Positions 1-13,016 are shown, numbered from the stretch's first letter. The stretch: 64,000 nt of DNA from Dicyema japonicum (GCA_011109175.1 RDEW01000036.1:535737-599736); one strand, 5' to 3'. Program-made: numbers and translations. Notes: generated from the sequence alone by a model not told the origin.

Positions 1-760
1 CTGTTTTTTCCAACATTTATTTGGATCATCGATAACATCTTCGACAAAGTTCGAGTGATTGAATCTTTCTACAATTCCTAAATAAAAATAATTCAATTGT
101 ATACCTTGATTTGTTTTGGACGTGAATGAATTTGAATAATGTTATATTTCTTGCAAATTGCAGTGACATGTGAGTTTTTAAACTCGGAGCCATTGTCCGA
201 CTGTAAATATAAACATGGTCCATAATCCATGAACATATTTTGAATAAATATCAATAGCCGTTAAAAGCCACGAATAACCATCATTATGCTCTCTAAACCT
301 AGAGAATATAAAAAATTGATACCTTTTAAGATCAATTAAATCTATTTGAAACCTCTCATTGGGCCGATTTGCAATTATATGATTTTCTTCATATTCCTTA
401 AGACTTCTGGCAAAAAGACATGTCTCACAATGGGAAAAAATATCGCGAATAACACCTCTTTTCACAAAAAAATATCGTTCTTTACAATGTTTCTAAAATG
501 TTTTGGCCATAATGTGTTAAATCATGAATTTGAGTAGCGACAAACTTCATTTCCTCAACGTTGTCCGAAACAATAACCAATTTATTTCCTTCTGGGTCTT
601 TTAGATCATTCTTCTTTTTTTAAGTATGAAGCTCTTGGACTTTTTTCAGATCCTGCACATAGCATATGCAGGCATAACAGAAGGTAAGATTCCTTCCAAA
701 ATAATTTTGAGATTATCATATTCAACAGATGTCTTTGCAAACAAGCGTGACATAATAATT
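1..760 (-). mobile_element. Ginger-like / KRBA2-SCAND3-like DDE integrase with two tiny introns; frameshifted, runs off the window start
   Basis: HHCC zinc motif (IHDLTHYGQN...HCETC), RFQIDLIDL, LLTAIDIYSKY, QSDNGSEF and GIVERFN. GT-AG introns at 299-322 (24 nt) and 78-104 (27 nt) interrupt the motifs, which rejoin on splicing. No RT is seen upstream. Confidence 0.75.
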
Positions 761-879
761 CAAATTAGTATTAATAGTTTATATTAATTTTATACAATAA
801 AATTAATATTTTATCTTACTAAAAATTAGAATTTTAATCCAAAAGAACAATTTTTATAGATTCAAAAAAATTCAAAAAA

Positions 880-1937
880 TTCAAAAAAATCGATATTGCA
901 TGTAGTGCATAGTTGCAAGTAGCGCTCGTGACATATTATGACTGCTAAAATTGTCCATTAACAAAAGAATGTGTCGATTTTCTTTAATTAAATTATTATT
1001 CAGTTCATTAATATATAGTGAGAAAATGTCTTTCGTTAACCAAGCAGTCTTATTTGCTACATACTTAATATTGTTAGCTTTAAGATCACATTGCTTAAAG
1101 CACCGAGGATCTTTACTTTTACCAATGGATTGCAAGTTTCTCCATTCATTGAACAACAAAACAATACTGTAATTTTTTCACTGTTTTTTCATTGCATTTT
1201 GATGACTGTAGTACATACGAATAGCTGTGTTGCCCTCTCAAATGCATGTTTAATCACAGTTATAAAATATTTTCTGGAGAATAAGCACGATTTAGACAAA
1301 ATGATTCTGCAAATATGAATGCAGATTCATGATCAGCACTTGCAGCTTCTCCTGATAACCTTTTATAGTTGATATTATGACATTTGAATAATGAAAACCA
1401 CTGTTTCAACCCTTGAGTGAATTATCATTATGTTTAAGTGTGAGAACTTTAATGTTAGAATAACTGAGAGCCACATTCTGCGATCTTAATTTTGAAATGG
1501 CCCCAATCAAATACTCGTTCAAAGAACCAAATCTTGGAATATATTTTGTTCGGATAACGTGCATGTTATCGAAATTTGTATATTTGTCTAAATTCTTAGC
1601 TATTCTTCCACGACTGTTTTGTTAGTTCCATATCGTTGGGCAATTACTCTATAAGAACTTTTTTGTTCTATGATTTCCTCAGCACTCTTGTTTTTGGTAT
1701 TAAAATCAAGTTCATTTCTCTTGTTTGACGTCATAGGGTTAATAACAAAAAATATTGATTTAATTCTTTAAAATTGTCCCATATATATTAGCAATATATT
1801 TAAAATTGTTAAATATATAAATTTACTACAAAAAATGCAAATATTGACAATTTTTAATAAATTGGTTAAAGTGTCCCATTTATACATTTTGTCCCGTCCC
1901 ATATAATTTTTTGTCCCATATAAATGTGTCCCCACTG
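880..1937 (-). mobile_element. pogo/Tigger-type (DDE_1) DNA transposon, degenerate, 5' terminus preserved
   Basis: SIGKSKDPRCFK...NKTAWLTKDIF...RHILLLMDNFSSH and an upstream NCD-like motif. The terminus reads TA|CAGTGGGGGACA at 1937-1939 with repeated ATGGGACA subterminal motifs (1850-1935). Confidence 0.75.
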
Positions 1938-1939
1938 TA

Positions 1940-2560
1940 GTCAGACAAAAATCCAAGCTGGATGAACATTGGAGAAAAGTAAAGAACTCGGATCGTTATT
2001 GGGAGATGAGCAAGACGTATTTATGCGGAAAACACATGCAAACAGTGCAGTACGCCGTCTAAAGGAAAACTGGCTAAAGCGTAAAAGATTGAGTACAAAA
2101 ACACGGATACGTTTATACAATTCACTGATGAAGCATATTCTCCTCTACAATGCCGGAGCATGGGAACTTCTGATACGGACAATCACAATCTAGACTCGTT
2201 CCATAGAGATCAACTTCGACGTACTCTAGCTTCGACATGCCATTCAAGGCTCAGAAGCAAAATAGTATATACCAGGACATCAAGCAAACCTATCTCACTA
2301 GAAATAACGGCATGCAGGTGGAGACTATTCGGACACATTCTAAGAATGGATTTGGAGGCTGCAATGGAGGACTATTTAGAAGCTGACGGAACTCGTTTCA
2401 GGGGGCGCCCAAAAATACTCTCCCGGTTAAGCTGGATAAAGAGTTTCGGAGAGTGGGGAAACAATTAAAAGACGGGGACGACCTTGACGTCTTACGGGAC
2501 GTTGCCCAGGACAGGGGGAAATGGAAGAAATTAATAACTCTTATTGTTTCCTGTGCTACA
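1940..2560 (+). mobile_element. RTE-clade non-LTR retrotransposon, 3' fragment
   Basis: LGSLLGD, RIRLYNSL..ILLYNAGAW, RWRLFGHILRMD and FRGRP, homologous to the longer copy at 37.6-39.9 kb. Confidence 0.85.
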
Positions 2561-3330
2561 CAAGCTCTCAGCAGTAACTCAGTTGATTGAGGCGTGTCCG
2601 GACTCCTCCCAGCACTCCTCCGGCAGGAAAAAGATGATGACTTTTCGCATCGACCATTTCTCCACATTTACAGCGATAGATCTCAAAAAAAATCCATTCC
2701 GAGGCGGACGGAAACCCCAATCCTCGTGGCGTCGCCATCCAATAGTGTCCCAGGTGAGGTGCATAGTAGTGTTTTTAGCCATCCACTTTCGTTCGTCGAT
2801 GCACAAACTATTCAACTCCAGGTTTGATCTCCTCTATGATATTTGAGCTCCCAGTCTCGTTTTTTATTAGCGTTCCTGGGAATCCAAAACTCAATCGTGT
2901 CCAGACTAGTTCAGCGTCCGATCCAGTAATGTAGTATAGGATCTGGAGTGTGAGACCACTGGAAGCATATGTCGGAGATAGAAAGGCCGGGAGGTCAAGT
3001 TCTAGTGGATTCCCCGTAGCATTGGATCCAGGCAGTTTTGTCAAAGGAAATGTTGAGTGTTTCTTCAACGGAAGTCCTCAGCTTCTTGTCAATGACTTTA
3101 AGAAGTACATTTCGTGAAACAAGATACTGTCAGTAGAAGAAAAAGAGTCGTGGAATAATGTGAAAATTCCTGAGGAAAATAAACATCTTTTAAATTGATT
3201 TCTTTGATGCTACATGAGGATCCTTTCCGGCCTAAATTTTTTGAATAATATCGACAAACTTCATGTTGTTGACTTAAGACTTGAAATAATCGGGTATTCG
3301 CAGGCAAAAATGACTTCCATCTGCTGTAAT
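2560..3330 (-). mobile_element. CRE-like (RLE-type) non-LTR retrotransposon fragment
   Basis: Frameshifted pieces IDKKLRTSVEETLNISFDKTAWIQ, LDLPAFLS and HLTWDT resemble the post-RT and RLE region of CRE-clade elements. Confidence 0.5.
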
Positions 3331-3349
3331 TTCTACACAGGTTTAAGAA

Positions 3350-3750
3350 GAAAGGTTAACCCAATAATTAGGTGATCCCAGTTTCCAATAACGCCCAAAA
3401 TCTACTTGAATGTTCCGCTAGTGACCCATCTGCTTCCGGAAGTGCCTTCTTTTGTGTCTGCAGAAGATTTCAATTGGGGTACTTTACTTTATCGGATTCT
3501 TCTGCATGAGTCACCCTTTCTCTGAATAGGTTTCTAAGTTCCTTGCAGAATAATAGAAACCCCTAGCCATTTTCAGAGTCGACTCCTCGGAAAGGATACA
3601 AGGGTAGAGGGGATTCCCAGCATTTTGTAATGGATTATTCGAGGATGGATTTGGTCGGTCCAAGCAGATGTTCTCCTTGGGTTCTTCCTTGGATTATTTA
3701 GTTTTAACTATGGACGATTGTAAACCTGGGGTTAATAAATAAATAATCAA
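3350..3750. mobile_element. Two back-to-back 3' fragments of the Jockey/I-group 'GIT*' LINE family (minus 3350-3530, plus 3530-3750)
   Basis: The minus piece ends ...ETGIT* followed by TAATTA. The plus piece reads LCRIIETPSHFQSRL and ends in a (TAAA)n tail at about 3735-3748. Confidence 0.55.
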
Positions 3751-4534
3751 TGCCTTGTGGAATCCCACCAATTGAGTTTGGGGGAGCATCTTTTTTTCGT
3801 CCATCCGACACTAAGCGTCACCTAAAACAGGTGAATTGCATGGTACCGGTGAAGCAAAATGAGGAACAAAGCAAACGAAATCATCATTTTGTCCATTAAA
3901 CACGAAAGGGCGAACGACAGTCCATCCAATCTGTATGAGACTATGATATTATTGAATACAGGTACGTCACCACCCACGTGGCTAGATGGTTTTGCTTATG
4001 CATGAAACGTTTTAATGCTGTCATCCTTTAACTAGAGGCTTCTACCGAAGATATCTTTTCCACGTCTCCCGACAGAGATAAAGACTTGTAGAGTGGCTGG
4101 AGAGATTTCCTGAGAGGAAGCATCCTGTAGAACCAGTAATGACTCTAAAGGGACTCTCAACTAGACACTTCCTGGCAGCTGGCCACCCTACAATCTAGTG
4201 AGGTAGGTGTAACGAATCAAAGATATTCTAAACATGCTGGTCCCAATATAACTCACGATAGGTGGTCTTGATCTTTCGGTCGGTGACAAATGTTACCACT
4301 TCCTGCTCACTTGTTTTTATTTTGCTTTGAGTTGCTGCCTAACTTTGAGATTTTATACGCCTCGCTCGCCCTGCCACCATGTCTGAAACCCAGACTCTGG
4401 GAGAAATTCGACTCCGGATAACTACAATCACTACAACCCTCACTCATATTTATCCTCACAATCAGCAATCACTCGACCGTCCTTCATTAACGACACATCC
4501 AGGGTACGATCTACTACAACCACCCACTACCATT

Positions 4535-4800
4535 AAGAGTCAAAGTAAACAACTAATTAAGTGTATCCAGTTTCCACTTCTACAGAAAGAGTCCATCCGG
4601 AATCAACATAAAAGGTAAGACATCCATTACATGCAGTTGTGGAAACCCCTCCAGTGGAATGGGGGAGAGCAAATGATCTTTTATCGTGCCGGGCTGACAC
4701 TGGGCGCCACTTAGACAGGTGGATCACATGACGCCACTCTAATAATAGGAAGAGAGAGGAAGAACAGACAAGCAAGCAGAGCACCAACATGTGGTGCTAT
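4535..4800 (-). mobile_element. Short LINE-derived repeat (3' end ...ETGYT*), duplicated at 24510-24780
   Basis: About 260 bp, highly similar to 24510-24780; ends GGATACACTTAATTAGTTG, like the GIT-family 3' ends. Confidence 0.6.
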
Positions 4801-4807
4801 TCGGCTA

Positions 4808-7420
4808 ATTTTTTTTATTTAACCCAAGACCACGGTAAAACAAAACTAATTATCACGTGATCCCGATGCATTCTAACAAAGACCTCATCTTTGCTCGTCG
4901 TTCTTCCTTCGTGCCCACGCATGAACGTACAGGACGGCTGCCTGAATTTTCAGGGCCAATTTCCCGTGATCTGGAGTCAAGTCTCATAAGGGCCTCAAGA
5001 GGCGTAGGTCCGGCTCGATGATCTTCACAATCCAACGTTCCGTTACTCTGTAAGGCCTCTTTTGCATTTCCTCAATTTTCCTCATATTTGTCCAAGATAT
5101 GGACGGACCCCACGAGGCGCATGCATATGAGAAACATGGCTCGATGTATTGTTTGTATACGTTCATCAAGACTGGGTGAGTACCACTCTTCCATATTCCC
5201 GATAAACTTTTCAATACGTTCAGTTTCTTCTCGCATTTCAATAGAATGTTTTCTACGTGAGGTTAAACAGAGATGCATATCAATTGTTACACCCAAGATC
5301 CTTTGACATCTGTGGAAAGGGATGCCGACCTTGTTTAACTTCAAGGTGACTGTCTTCCTTCCCAATTTTTTGTCCGAGGTAAATAGTGACGTAGACGACT
5401 TCTCTGCATTCACCACGAGCCGGTTTTCTATTATCCAGGCATTAAGCCTGTCCAGGTTAATTTGTATTCTTTTAGTAGCCCTCTGGATGTCCTGATCTCG
5501 CGAAGCCAACACAATATCATCCGCATAGGATAGTAGAACATCATTCTCAGATTCAAGACTCGGGATATCAGCCAGAAAGAGGTTAAACAGAGCAGGGGAT
5601 AAAGGAGATCCTTGAGGGACTCCGTTTGGGAGGAGCCGTGAGATTGATTTAAGACCTCCGAGGCAAACAAGTCCCCTTCGTCCACTTAGGAAGTTAATAA
5701 TCCAAAGCTTTAGCTTCCCTGGGATCTCCGATTGAAATATTTTTCTCGATAGAATCTTCCTCGAGACTGAGTCAAAAGCTTTATGTATGTCGATCGAGCA
5801 GAGCACTGTTTTAAAGTGTCTCGGCTTGGTTGTGAATCCGACTCGAATGAATTTGGTCAATGTTTGCAAGTATGTAGACGTGGATCTTTCATTTTTGAAT
5901 CCATGTTGAAAATTCTTTTCTGGTAAAAATTCTTTTATTCTCCCGAGCACAAGCCTCTCCAGAATTTTTGACATTGAACATAGCAGTGACACCGGTCTAA
6001 AAGACGCTGGATCCTCTCTCGATCTTCCTGGTTTCAGTAGTGGCCGTATTAGAGCCTGTTTCCATAACAACGGTATCACATTCTGATTAATTGAATGGTT
6101 GAATATCGACGTTAGAAAAGTGATTCCTCCGTCTCCAAGATTTTTTAATAAGATAACAGGAATGTTATCTGGTCCGTGGGAGTATGTCGTTTTTACGGAA
6201 TGTATTGTATCCCTCACCTCTCTCTCACAAAAGAAAATGGTTCTGATATTATCTTAAGTTACCTGCGTGATGTAAGTGCATCAGACTTCACGTGCTCTTT
6301 GTGTGAAATTTTAGTATAGAATTTTATTAAGTTGTTCACATCACTTTGAACATAATCCTCCTCTGTTGAAACTTCATCGCCTTTTGCCACATTTCGAATA
6401 GCTTTCCACACCTCTCCCGTAGTGCGATTTCTATTCACCATTGTAAGCACACGATTCCACTTCGACCTCTGGGCCTTGAGCTCTTTTGCCTTTATCTCAT
6501 TATTCAATATTCTGATCCGGAGTTTCATATCCAAGGTTATCCGGTTAGATTTTTTAAGCCGATTTCTTTCTTTAATCAAGGCCGTCTTCCCTAGACCACT
6601 CGACGAATTTAAGTATTGTTTGGGTATAGCCCTTGATCTTGCTTCCAAGATTATTTGGGTAAAGTAGCTGATGGCATTCTCCAGAGAAATAAAGCTATCC
6701 AAGTAACAATTCTTCATTTTATCTTCTAAAATTTCACGATACAATTCCAGTTAGCACATTTGTAATTGTAGCTACTAGGAATTCTTCTCACGTTGGCCTT
6801 TCTTTTGATCTTCAGCACAATTGGATTATGGTCGCTTCTTGTTTCGTAGAGGACTTACCAATCAATTTTTGATGAAAGCGACGATGAGCAGAGTGTTACG
6901 TCCGGAGAGGTAGGTTTATCTGTCTCTCTCAGTGGTGTCCTTGTATTTCTCGATGGATCATTCAATATCGTTAGGGAGTCCGTTTGCGATAATAATTTCT
7001 CATGTCAGCTAGTTGAGTTGACAGTCATAATGGATGCTTCGCATTCAAATCCCCGCGATGATGATTTCATCGAAGGAAGACAGTCTTGATAGGTTTGGCA
7101 TAACATAACTCTTCGGACAGGAACCAGGAGGGAACGTAGATATTCACAAGGCATAGTCTTCCTTCCGTTGTCCAGAGCGAGATTCCGATTATTTCTGTTA
7201 CATCATCATCCCCAACAAGTTTCCTCATTTCCGAGGAGATGTCTCTAGAGAGAGTAGACCTCCACCTCTTTTTTCTTTACGGTCCTTCCTAATAGCTTTG
7301 TATCCTGGGAATGTAGGCGTAGGGTCATTAAAAGAGAGTTTGGTCTCTTGAATCATCGCAACGTTAATCTCCTGACAAGCCAAGAGTGAGCGGAGTTCCC
7401 TGATTTTTCCTTTAATTCCA
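4808..7420 (-). mobile_element. Jockey/I-group LINE, nearly complete APE+RT ORF2, frameshifted
   Basis: APE start NGIKGKIRELRSLLACQEINVAMIQETKL at 7420; RT motifs FRPVSLLC, QHGF, DIHKAFDSV, GVPQGSPLSP, SYADD; C-terminus LLECIGIT* at 4853. Confidence 0.92.
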
Positions 7421-7421
7421 T

Positions 7422-9225
7422 TTGCAAAATATAAAATGCTTAAATCAGAGAATTACAAAGCTCATCAGAGAAAAGAAAGATTGGGCGTGGAAGCGCCTAT
7501 TATCATCTATTGGACATATGAAATCCACGAGTCTTTTATGGAAAACTATTCGTCGAATCAAGCTAAACTTATCAGATGAATCAGAATCTTTTTCTGCTCC
7601 AAATACTGTGCAAGCAAACAACCTAATGAAATATTACGCATCCATAAGCACAAGGACTTCTCGAAATCCATTCTTGTCACCTTCGGAATTTAGTGCCTAA
7701 ACCAACTTCATGGATCAATCTGTTTACGCATGCCGAGGTCACACAGGCTATAAGATCGATGAAGATCTTTACGTGTGGACCTGACGGCATTCCGGGAATT
7801 TTGTAAAACACCTTGGTAATGTTGCAATCAATTCGATTACGTCAATTTTTAATTTGTCTTCTAACATGAACGTCATCCCATGCAAATGGAAAACTCACTT
7901 ATAATACCGATCCTTAAACCAGGAAAACCGAAAACCTTACCTTCTTCTACCGTCCAATTTCATTAACGTGCGCATTATCGCGCCTAATGGAGAAACTCGT
8001 ACTGGAAAATTAAACCCATTTGCCCGACTGCACTTTCAACATGGTTTCAAATGTGAGCGTTCAACTACGACACATTTGACTTCACTGTCTCAATTTATAT
8101 CAGAAGGGTTCAACGTACCGAAACGCCATCTACGGACAATAATGGTTTCCCTGGATATCCAGAAGGCGTTCGATTCTGTCTCGAGAATATTACTCACGAA
8201 GAAGGTTTTTGACACCACCATTCAGACGGATTTGAAAAGATGGATAGCCAATTTTCTCTCCGGAAGAGGACGTGTCTGTATAGGCCACGCAAGATCGAGG
8301 TCCCGTCTCCTACCAAATGGCGTCCCTCAAGGATCGCCCTCTCTCCGGCATTATTCAACTTGTTCCTCAACGATTTACCCTGCCCTGGAGGACCAGATTC
8401 AATGCTTCTCACTTTGCTGACGACCTAATCATCGCTTGCAGGAACAAATAAGTAAGTACAGCAAAATCAGAGCTTCAGTCACATATTAACGACCTGGAAG
8501 CCTGGTCGAAATTGAATCGTCTCTCCGTATCCAGGAATAAATCAACATATACAATCTTCACCACGGACAGAAAAAAAAACATACACTGGATTTGAACATT
8601 TATGGAGACTCCTTACCACTACAGACTCGTCCAACTATCCTGGGAGTGACATTTGACCCTTTGATGACATTTTCTCAACATGTGAAGAACGTTATGACAA
8701 AGGGTCTCAGGAAACTTAATATATCAAACCGCTCTTGAAGTCCAAACCTTCACAGGAATGCGCCCTCGTCGTGTTCAATCAACTCCTAAAACCGACGATT
8801 GAGTACGCTTGTGCCTCATGGGCCTATGGATCTTCGATATCAAATTCACTCAAGATCAATACCCTAATTGGAAAACTAGCACGTCAAACGAATCTACCCC
8901 CCGATCTTTTCCCTCCAATGCTTGACCACGCCGCAATCAAAAATAATGGCTCCGGCTTCATCTGTCTGTGTGGCCAAGAAACAAGTCGTTTCTTCCATTC
9001 AAGGCTAAAGGCCTCAAATACACGAAATTTGGGGAAAAACCCCACTCCTTTTCAAACCCTAATGAAAGATGATCGTCGTTTATTCAGGAAAGCCGTGGGT
9101 ACTCTGGAGGAACACAGGAAAAACTTCTCGATCCTGTTGAGGCGTACCGGGATCACTTAATTAGTTGGATTACTCCTTCTTTCTTGGTGTTCCCTTTTCG
9201 GGGTTATTAAATAAATAATAATAAA
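7422..9225 (+). mobile_element. Jockey/I-group LINE (different subfamily), 5'-truncated, frameshifted
   Basis: GPDGIP, QHGFKCERSTT, DIQKAFDSV, GVPQGSP, PTILGVTFD, IEYACASW; ends LLRRTGIT* at 9160 with a (TAAA)/(TAA) tail. Confidence 0.9.
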
Positions 9226-9479
9226 AGGCAATGCTTGATATTGTCTGGATGGAAGTTCCTAGAGTGAAAAAGAAAAATAATCTTTTTGGCTAATTTTTGG
9301 TTCAGTCATTTTAATAATAGTTTAAATCCATTTCCCTCCATTCTTTTATTTATATAATTTTTGATATTCCGAACGGCAACACTCCGAAACTTTAAGATCT
9401 ACTATTTGCAAATAATTGAATATGATTTCCGTTAATTTAAACTTAATATCCGGATTGTTTCACATTATGTTTAGCATTT

Positions 9480-9690
9480 GATACTAAAATTCGGCTGCTG
9501 ATATTACGGAATAAGCGTTTCCGTGGACAACTGAGATCCCAATTCGTTGCCTCAGTCAGACCGCTTCTCGCACGTCTTTTTTACGGTGGGCCAATTTCCC
9601 CTCGATTTCCTGTAGGAAAGAGGCTGTAATACTTCCGGCCGCACCAGACGTCTCGATTGCCGTCTCGCATGCTAAAGTATTTTATTTAAA
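9480..9690 (-). mobile_element. CRE-like retrotransposon 3' terminal fragment
   Basis: AIETSGAAGSITASFLQEIE...LRQRIGISVVHGNAYSVISAA matches the CRE/RLE C-terminal RISIAIQRGNA motif. Confidence 0.7.
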
Positions 9691-10169
9691 TTATTTTATT
9701 ATCATTTTATGGGTGACATTAAAATGATTTTTTAAATGCAATTTAAATTAGCATTTAAAAAATTAGGGTGTTAAATAAATAAAGATAGCACTTATAATGT
9801 ATGTTTTCTTAAACAATATTAAAAAATAATTATTCCAAATTCAATTTTATATTAAAATAAAAATAGCATTTTAGCATTTAAATTGGCCTAGTTATCACAT
9901 ATTAAGGCGCGTTATCAGAATTAAAAATAGTCAACATGAGTCAGGTCAAGAAAATATAGACTTCTTAAAAAATAAATTCTTTGATTTTTAATTAGAAACC
10001 AATTAATATTGATTGAATGACAGGTGACATGTAACCAGCACGGGATGGGTAACCAGTGCGGGACGAGACACATTACTTTCTAATTTGTTCGTCATTTACC
10101 TTAAGACTGCTCCTTGGAATCTGAAGGAGGAACGAGCATAATAGCCATAATTTCATTTCGATGATGAAG

Positions 10170-10760
10170 CACTTATTGGAGATAGTACGGGGAAAGCTGG
10201 CTGTGTGGTTCCAACGATAGACCCCGACAAAACCTAAATCATGGAAACCAGAAGAAAAAAAGCAAGAACGTTACAGTACTGGCACAAAGCCAAAAATCTG
10301 AGTTCCCTCCTCGGAGACAAAGAAGACACAGCAAGAAGAAAAACACTGGGAAATGGAACTGCAGAAGAAAACCTGGTTCAATCTCAGGTGAATACAAGAG
10401 TCAGACTGTTCACTTGTAAAACCCATACTATTGTGCATCAGGGGACCTGACCCTGCATAGGACAGTAACTTGGAAAACTTAACTCTTAAGAGATCAACAT
10501 ATTCTGTCCTCCTGGAACCACTCCACATTGCAATCAGACAGATTTCGTAAAATATTCTGGAGGCTGTTTGGGCGTATACTTAGCCTAGACCAGAGACCCC
10601 TGCAAGCGTAGCCACGGAGGACGATTTTGTTTCGAGTGCTCTACTTTTTCGTGGTCGACTAACTCTACCAACCGAAAAAAATAAAGAGCCTAAAGATACC
10701 GAGAGACGTCTCAGAGACGAGAACCTTAACAGACTATGAGACATGGCAATGAAAGTAGAA
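10170..10760 (+). mobile_element. RTE-clade fragment
   Basis: LSSLLGDKEDTARRKTL, TRVRLF, RLFGRIL. Confidence 0.75.
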
Positions 10761-11000
10761 GTTACATAATTTTTCGTGTTGCATATACTTTGTCAAGAAC
10801 TTAATAGCCGACCGACTTCCCCCTGCTCGGGATAAGCGGGTTTCCGCCTTTCTACAGAGCGAAGAATCCGGATCTGCATCTTGAACAGTTGATCGTGCAA
10901 AAGTATGAGAACCAAAGGACCTCCCGTTACAGGTGAGTGACAATGTAGTGCCAATTCAGTAAAAATTAGTTATATTAAAAGTGAATATTAATTATCCAAA

Positions 11001-11281
11001 CTAAAAATAATCAAAAAAATAAAACAATTCAATTTTCCCGGGTTGATCAATAAGTCTTTCAAATTTGCTTTCATTGTTTTTGTTTGTCTTATAAAAATTA
11101 TTTTGTTTTCCTGGACTTTAGACAGCTCAGCTACATTCCTTAAATTCGTTAGCCTCAGCTTGCTTTTAAGTTCTGCCAACTAGAATAAGCTTTGGATTAC
11201 TTCAAATTTCAGCTTTTTATTCTCCAGTAGAATTTCATCATAGTTTTCACTCTTAAAGAGATCATAACGACTTTTAAACAT
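11001..11281 (-). CDS. Candidate small spliced orphan gene, 76 aa, coiled-coil-like
   Basis: Exons 11281-11201, 11179-11117 and 11087-11001 join through phase-0 GT-AG introns of 21 and 29 nt; the first removes an in-frame TAG. Product MFKSRYDLFKSENYDEILLENKKLKFE/LAELKSKLRL...; no family recognised. Confidence 0.4.
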
Positions 11282-11863
11282 TTCCACGTAAAATGAAAAT
11301 AGAGTGAACTGACAACTAAAGTATTATTTATAATTAAAAATAAAAAAATTAAATATTATTTATCATTATTCACAACAGTTTTTAAACCGCCACTATTAAA
11401 TTTCTCTGACATTCTTGACCGCCAATTTCTAATTTCACTAGCATTCCTCCCAGCTGATACTCTGAAGCGATAATATTCGCTCCGCGCATAATGTCCATTC
11501 CAGCGGAAGGTTCAACAGATCTAAATCCAAAAAAAGCATGTTTTGGTCGCTTTTCAAAAGTGGAAACATAGCTTACAATAAATGTGTTTACTGTCCATAG
11601 TTATAACTATTATGGTTTCTTAACTAAGGAAGCCTAGCTTAGAGGCATGAACAATTCCTCTCCTCCCCCATTTTAAAAAAAGGGGATTCATAATGGAAGA
11701 TAGTTTACCTAATTGAAATAAATGTTTATGCGTTACGGGAATAATATAATTTGCTAAAATCAATTTATAGAAATGAATACCTAATACCCTAACAAACAAA
11801 ATCAATCCTCAATAGGATTACTTAAACACAAAATATATAAACTATTCACGAAATGCCTAGGAA

Positions 11864-12270
11864 ATGTTCTCAAATTTTATTTTATTTCTCATTCTATTAA
11901 TTGTACCCAAAAAAATAGCTACAAATGGTCAACCAACAACAACAACATCTAACACAACCCAACCTCCAACAACAACATATAACACAACACAACTTACAAG
12001 GAATCTTTCAACTATAACAACCCAACCAACAACAACATCTAACACAACCCAACCTCCAACAACAACTCCTATGTCTACAACTACTCAACTCCCAACAACA
12101 ACTCCTATGGCTACAACAACCCAACCTACAACACTTCCTCTATGTAGGACAACTACTACAACTACTCCAACAAGATCAGGAATCGGAGCAAATACAATTT
12201 CAGGAAAACTAAGTAATCTTTCATATCACTTTTAGTTGTTCTTTCAGTAATAATCATGGTAGTTCGGTAA
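11864..12270 (+). CDS. Secreted Thr/Pro-rich mucin-like protein, probably GPI-anchored; copy 1 of 3, intact, 127 aa spliced
   Basis: Hydrophobic N-terminus MFSNFILFLILLIV, then QPPTTTxNTT repeats. A 23-nt GT-AG intron at 12213-12235 gives the C-terminus SGIGANTISGKLIVLSVIIMVVR*. Confidence 0.7.
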
Positions 12271-12639
12271 TAACCTACGATTCTAACATATTAACATTTA
12301 ATTTGATTAATTTGATCGTTCGGTTAATTGGGGTACTTGGAGTAATAGTTGAACTGGAGATCAAACGTGAAGAATTTTCCCTCTTGATTATTGAATCTGA
12401 TATATGACAAGTTGTGTGTTATAACTAGGGGAACCAGAAAATTGCAAATTTCAAAATAAAAATTGCAAATAATAATATTTTTAATCTTTATTTTGGAATA
12501 TAATAAAAATAGAAAAAATTATAGTATTGATTAAATTTTAATTAAAATGACAGTTATGACAAAGGTAACGTCTGTGGCTCGGTAATTGCTCTGGCTCGCG
12601 ATATATTTAATAACTTTGTCATAAAATTTAACAACTTTA

Positions 12640-12750
12640 GCAAATAATTTAATAACTAGGCAAAGAATTGGTATCGCAGTTGTCCGCGGAAACGCTTACT
12701 CCGTGATGTCAGCAGCCGCTCTCCCCCATAGTTAATAAATAATAGTTAAT
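12640..12750 (+). mobile_element. CRE-like 3' terminal fragment
   Basis: RIGIAVVRGNAYSVMSAA followed by an AT tail; homologous to 9480-9550 in the opposite orientation. Confidence 0.65.
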
Positions 12751-12812
12751 AAATTTTTCATTTAATTTATGGGATTATTATTTATTTTTTGGGATTATTA
12801 TTTATATTTTTT

Positions 12813-13016
12813 TAAAGCCTTTTCACGAGAGCCATAGTATTTTATTGCTCCGCATAGGCAGGACACACACTTTATTTAAGTAAAGAACAGTTAATTTTAA
12901 CTAATCGTAGAACCAAGGAATGATCTTCACTTCTTTTTTTTTTGTGTGAGAGTCCTTTCTAGACAATCCAGTTCGCAGTAAGTATCCACTGATGACGGCG
13001 TCACTCGTCAAACCAA
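12813..13016 (-). mobile_element. 5'-truncated copy of the tRNA-derived SINE at 31492-31840
   Basis: About 200 bp nearly identical to 31508-31719. Confidence 0.8.

Noticed and set aside
4373-4618. ORF with a perfect GCCACCATG Kozak context
   Set aside because: The product has no recognisable features and runs into a repeat; a chance match or TE 5' region is sufficient.
7380-7460. Head-to-head LINE junction as a twin-priming inversion
   Set aside because: The two arms belong to different subfamilies and each has its own 3' end, so these are independent insertions.
12985-13016. CTGATGA...AAAC as a hammerhead ribozyme core (also about 31693)
   Set aside because: No GAAA follows helix II, and it lies antisense within the SINE body.
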